A stretch of DNA of 64,000 bases from positions 19,778,001 through 19,842,000 of the forward strand of contig NC_088861.1 in NCBI RefSeq assembly GCF_963853765.1, written 5' to 3'. The notes below the pieces were generated by a model, which saw nothing but the letters and a program-made list of their open reading frames with translations, made no database searches and had not been told where the DNA came from. Below, in pieces: positions 61,922-64,000 of the stretch (position 1 is its first letter; each line of letters opens with the position of its first letter). This DNA is from Magallana gigas (taxonomy: Eukaryota). The position numbers and the translations under genes are program-made.

Positions 61922-62026
61922 GAGTCTGGAGAGTACGGAGTATGGCCACCCCTCCCCCCGGTGGGGAGAGTACGACACCACAGAGAGTGGGAGGGACCAC
62001 AGGAGGAGCGATGGGCTGACCAGATT
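61922..62026 (+). CDS. Orphan candidate exon (105 nt), product unknown
   Basis: GC-rich island with T-rich acceptor (tttactatatctacag) and donor GTAAGC. Two open frames: ESGEYGVWPPLPPVGRVRHHREW... and SLESTEYGHPSPRWGEYDTTESGRDHRRSDGLTR. Confidence 0.5.
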
Positions 62027-63669
62027 GTAAGCTACTATTATATTATCATACTTATCAAAATCAGACTCCCCTCTTTATCTTAGAGCTGTCGTTGGTTGGG
62101 TCCCTGCTGAGGGGCTGATTTTAATCAGAATGGATCTTACCTAAGCTCAGTAGGGACGGGAGGAAGTGAATTAAGGGGGATGTATAAGATTTTATAAAAA
62201 AAAAAACTACCATAGTATCTTAAATTTAAATATTGCTAATCGGGGGAAGAAAAGATCTCAGATTATTTATTGTAATTAAATTAAGGTTGAAATTTAGTAG
62301 AATACAATAAAACTGGCTTTATAAATAATTTTCAAATATACTTGCTACGATATATATGTACCGGTGTACTTTTTATACTGACCTCCTTCCTTTGATTACA
62401 TGTAGGACTTTGTCTATTTTCCTCTCTTTCTCTTTTTTGTTTATTTCTCTCTGTATTTCTGATATAAAACTCTGAGCTAACATTACATCATGCGTGTGTA
62501 ACATTTTTTGGTAAAATCCAGGTGCTTTGCCACAGAATCCATGCAATATCAAAGTCGACAAATTAATTACATTAATGTTAATAAAACAGAGCTCTAGCCC
62601 CGACAAAGATCGTCAATTAAACTATTTCTGTTCTACATCAATGCATCTTTCGTTGCAAATTTATTTAGAGCTATAGCATGATGGAGATCAGGCTTCGGAA
62701 ACTCTAGAGCAAGAGTTCAAAACTTGTGAGGTCTGAAAGAATTCTTTCAAAGCTCCACAAAGAGCAAATTTTATACAATTGAGATTAGAAGTCTCAAATT
62801 AGATTACGTGTTTAACAAGAAAGAAAAAGTGCAATTCTAAAAAACACCTTTTTCTATTCATCAACTTTTGTGCTATAGATTAATGAACACCCTTCTCTAT
62901 TTATCAACGTTTGTGGTACATTGTAGATTAAGGAAAATAGGAGAAAAAGAGTACATATGCACCTCAATTAATTAATTTTATTGGTTAGTGGCACTTTATG
63001 GAAAATCATACGTTCAAGGTGCGCTTATCTCGTCTTTTGTGGTATAAGGTTAATAGGAATAAATTGAATTAATCTTTCATTCAAGAAATTGATACAGTGT
63101 ACTACCGCAAGCAAAAGATTAAGAATTAATTAACAGCCAAATATTGCATAAGTATTAGATTGAAAGAAGATACCGAACATCTTTAATATAAAACTTCAAG
63201 TAGCTGTCTAGCTGCCTCGTTGAAAATAATTATTCCACGAAAAGAAATTATAATCGAAAGTTATAGACAAACCCAAAAATAATCGGATATGCAGTTTATA
63301 TCTATAAATTTTATAGGTTTTTCAATATTATTATTCAATAATTTTTAAAATAATTTTAACGATTAAGCAGGTTTCATTGTTAAGCAAAAACTTTGAATTG
63401 AAAATATCGTCGGAGAAAAAAACTTTTTGTTTAAATAGTGACAATTTCATACCTTTCCTACACCACAAGTGATCACCCACCTAACTATCAATCTTTTATC
63501 ACCATACTTATTTTCAGAAAAAAGGTCGCACATTACATGATCCTTTTAAAATTATTATCATGTATAAAAGCGAGTTTTTCACTTCAAAAAAGGCGTGATA
63601 TACTTATGAACTTAGGAGCGATAACTCTTTTACCCCTGTCTTATTCAATCGCAGTATGCGATATCCCTC

Positions 63670-64000
63670 ATTTTTTCAACAAGTAGGGGGTTATGAGAAT
63701 ATAGAATTTGTAGAACGTATTCATTTGAAATTTTTGAAACACGTGTATATACTGAATATAAAAAGTCGTACATGGTTTTTAATTATGGAGAAACCGGAAG
63801 GTTTACATTGTCTGTCTATATTTATTCTAGAATGGTTTCAATCTGGGCGAAATTTTTCTCGGCCCAGAAAAATAAAATTGTTCATATATTGTACAAAGAA
63901 TTGGTGACAAAATATAATAATGAATTTTTAAAGAACCCGTGGATTGATTGTATGCATTCTATCTTTTATAACTATGGATTTTCTAGTTTTTGGAATGAAA
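63670..64000 (+). mobile_element. Degenerate LINE ORF2 C-terminal fragment (frameshifted)
   Basis: Stitched frames read GYENIEFVERIHLKFLKH.LNIKSRT...YGETGRF.LSVYIYSRMVSIWAK...NPWIDC...YGFSSFW, resembling the post-RT region of invertebrate non-LTR elements. Confidence 0.7.

Noticed and set aside
62373-62606. Minus-strand ORF with a charged helix (FISEIQREINKKEKERK) and a GTCAGT donor
   Set aside because: Derived from a CT-rich low-complexity tract with a weak acceptor, and it conflicts with the better-supported plus-strand exon nearby.

Overview
AT-rich eukaryotic DNA with short-exon genes, many (GA/CT)n microsatellites and dense non-autonomous transposons. The repeat content (a Cg170-like monomer inside a Helentron-type element) suggests an oyster/bivalve (inference). 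There is one 130-N assembly gap at 32645-32774. Genes assembled by hand from GT-AG splice sites: (1) two tandem alpha-class-like glutathione S-transferases on the minus strand, one complete (3180-7664, 225 aa) and one running off the left edge; (2) a 4-exon, 114-aa secreted His-rich protein (10741-12709, minus) that the ORF track does not show as such; (3) a chain of in-frame candidate exons of an unidentified minus-strand gene (16609-24806); (4) two intact head-to-head PM20D2-like M20D amidohydrolases (35470-39691 minus; 43977-52912 plus), one with Cys->Ser in the HACGH metal motif; (5) two intronless divergent class A GPCRs (56435-57421, 59081-59947); (6) an orphan exon near 62 kb and a LINE fragment at the right edge. 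Most long ORFs in the supplied track are artefacts of microsatellites, GCGAA repeats or antisense frames. All alignments and counts were done by eye; no database search was run.
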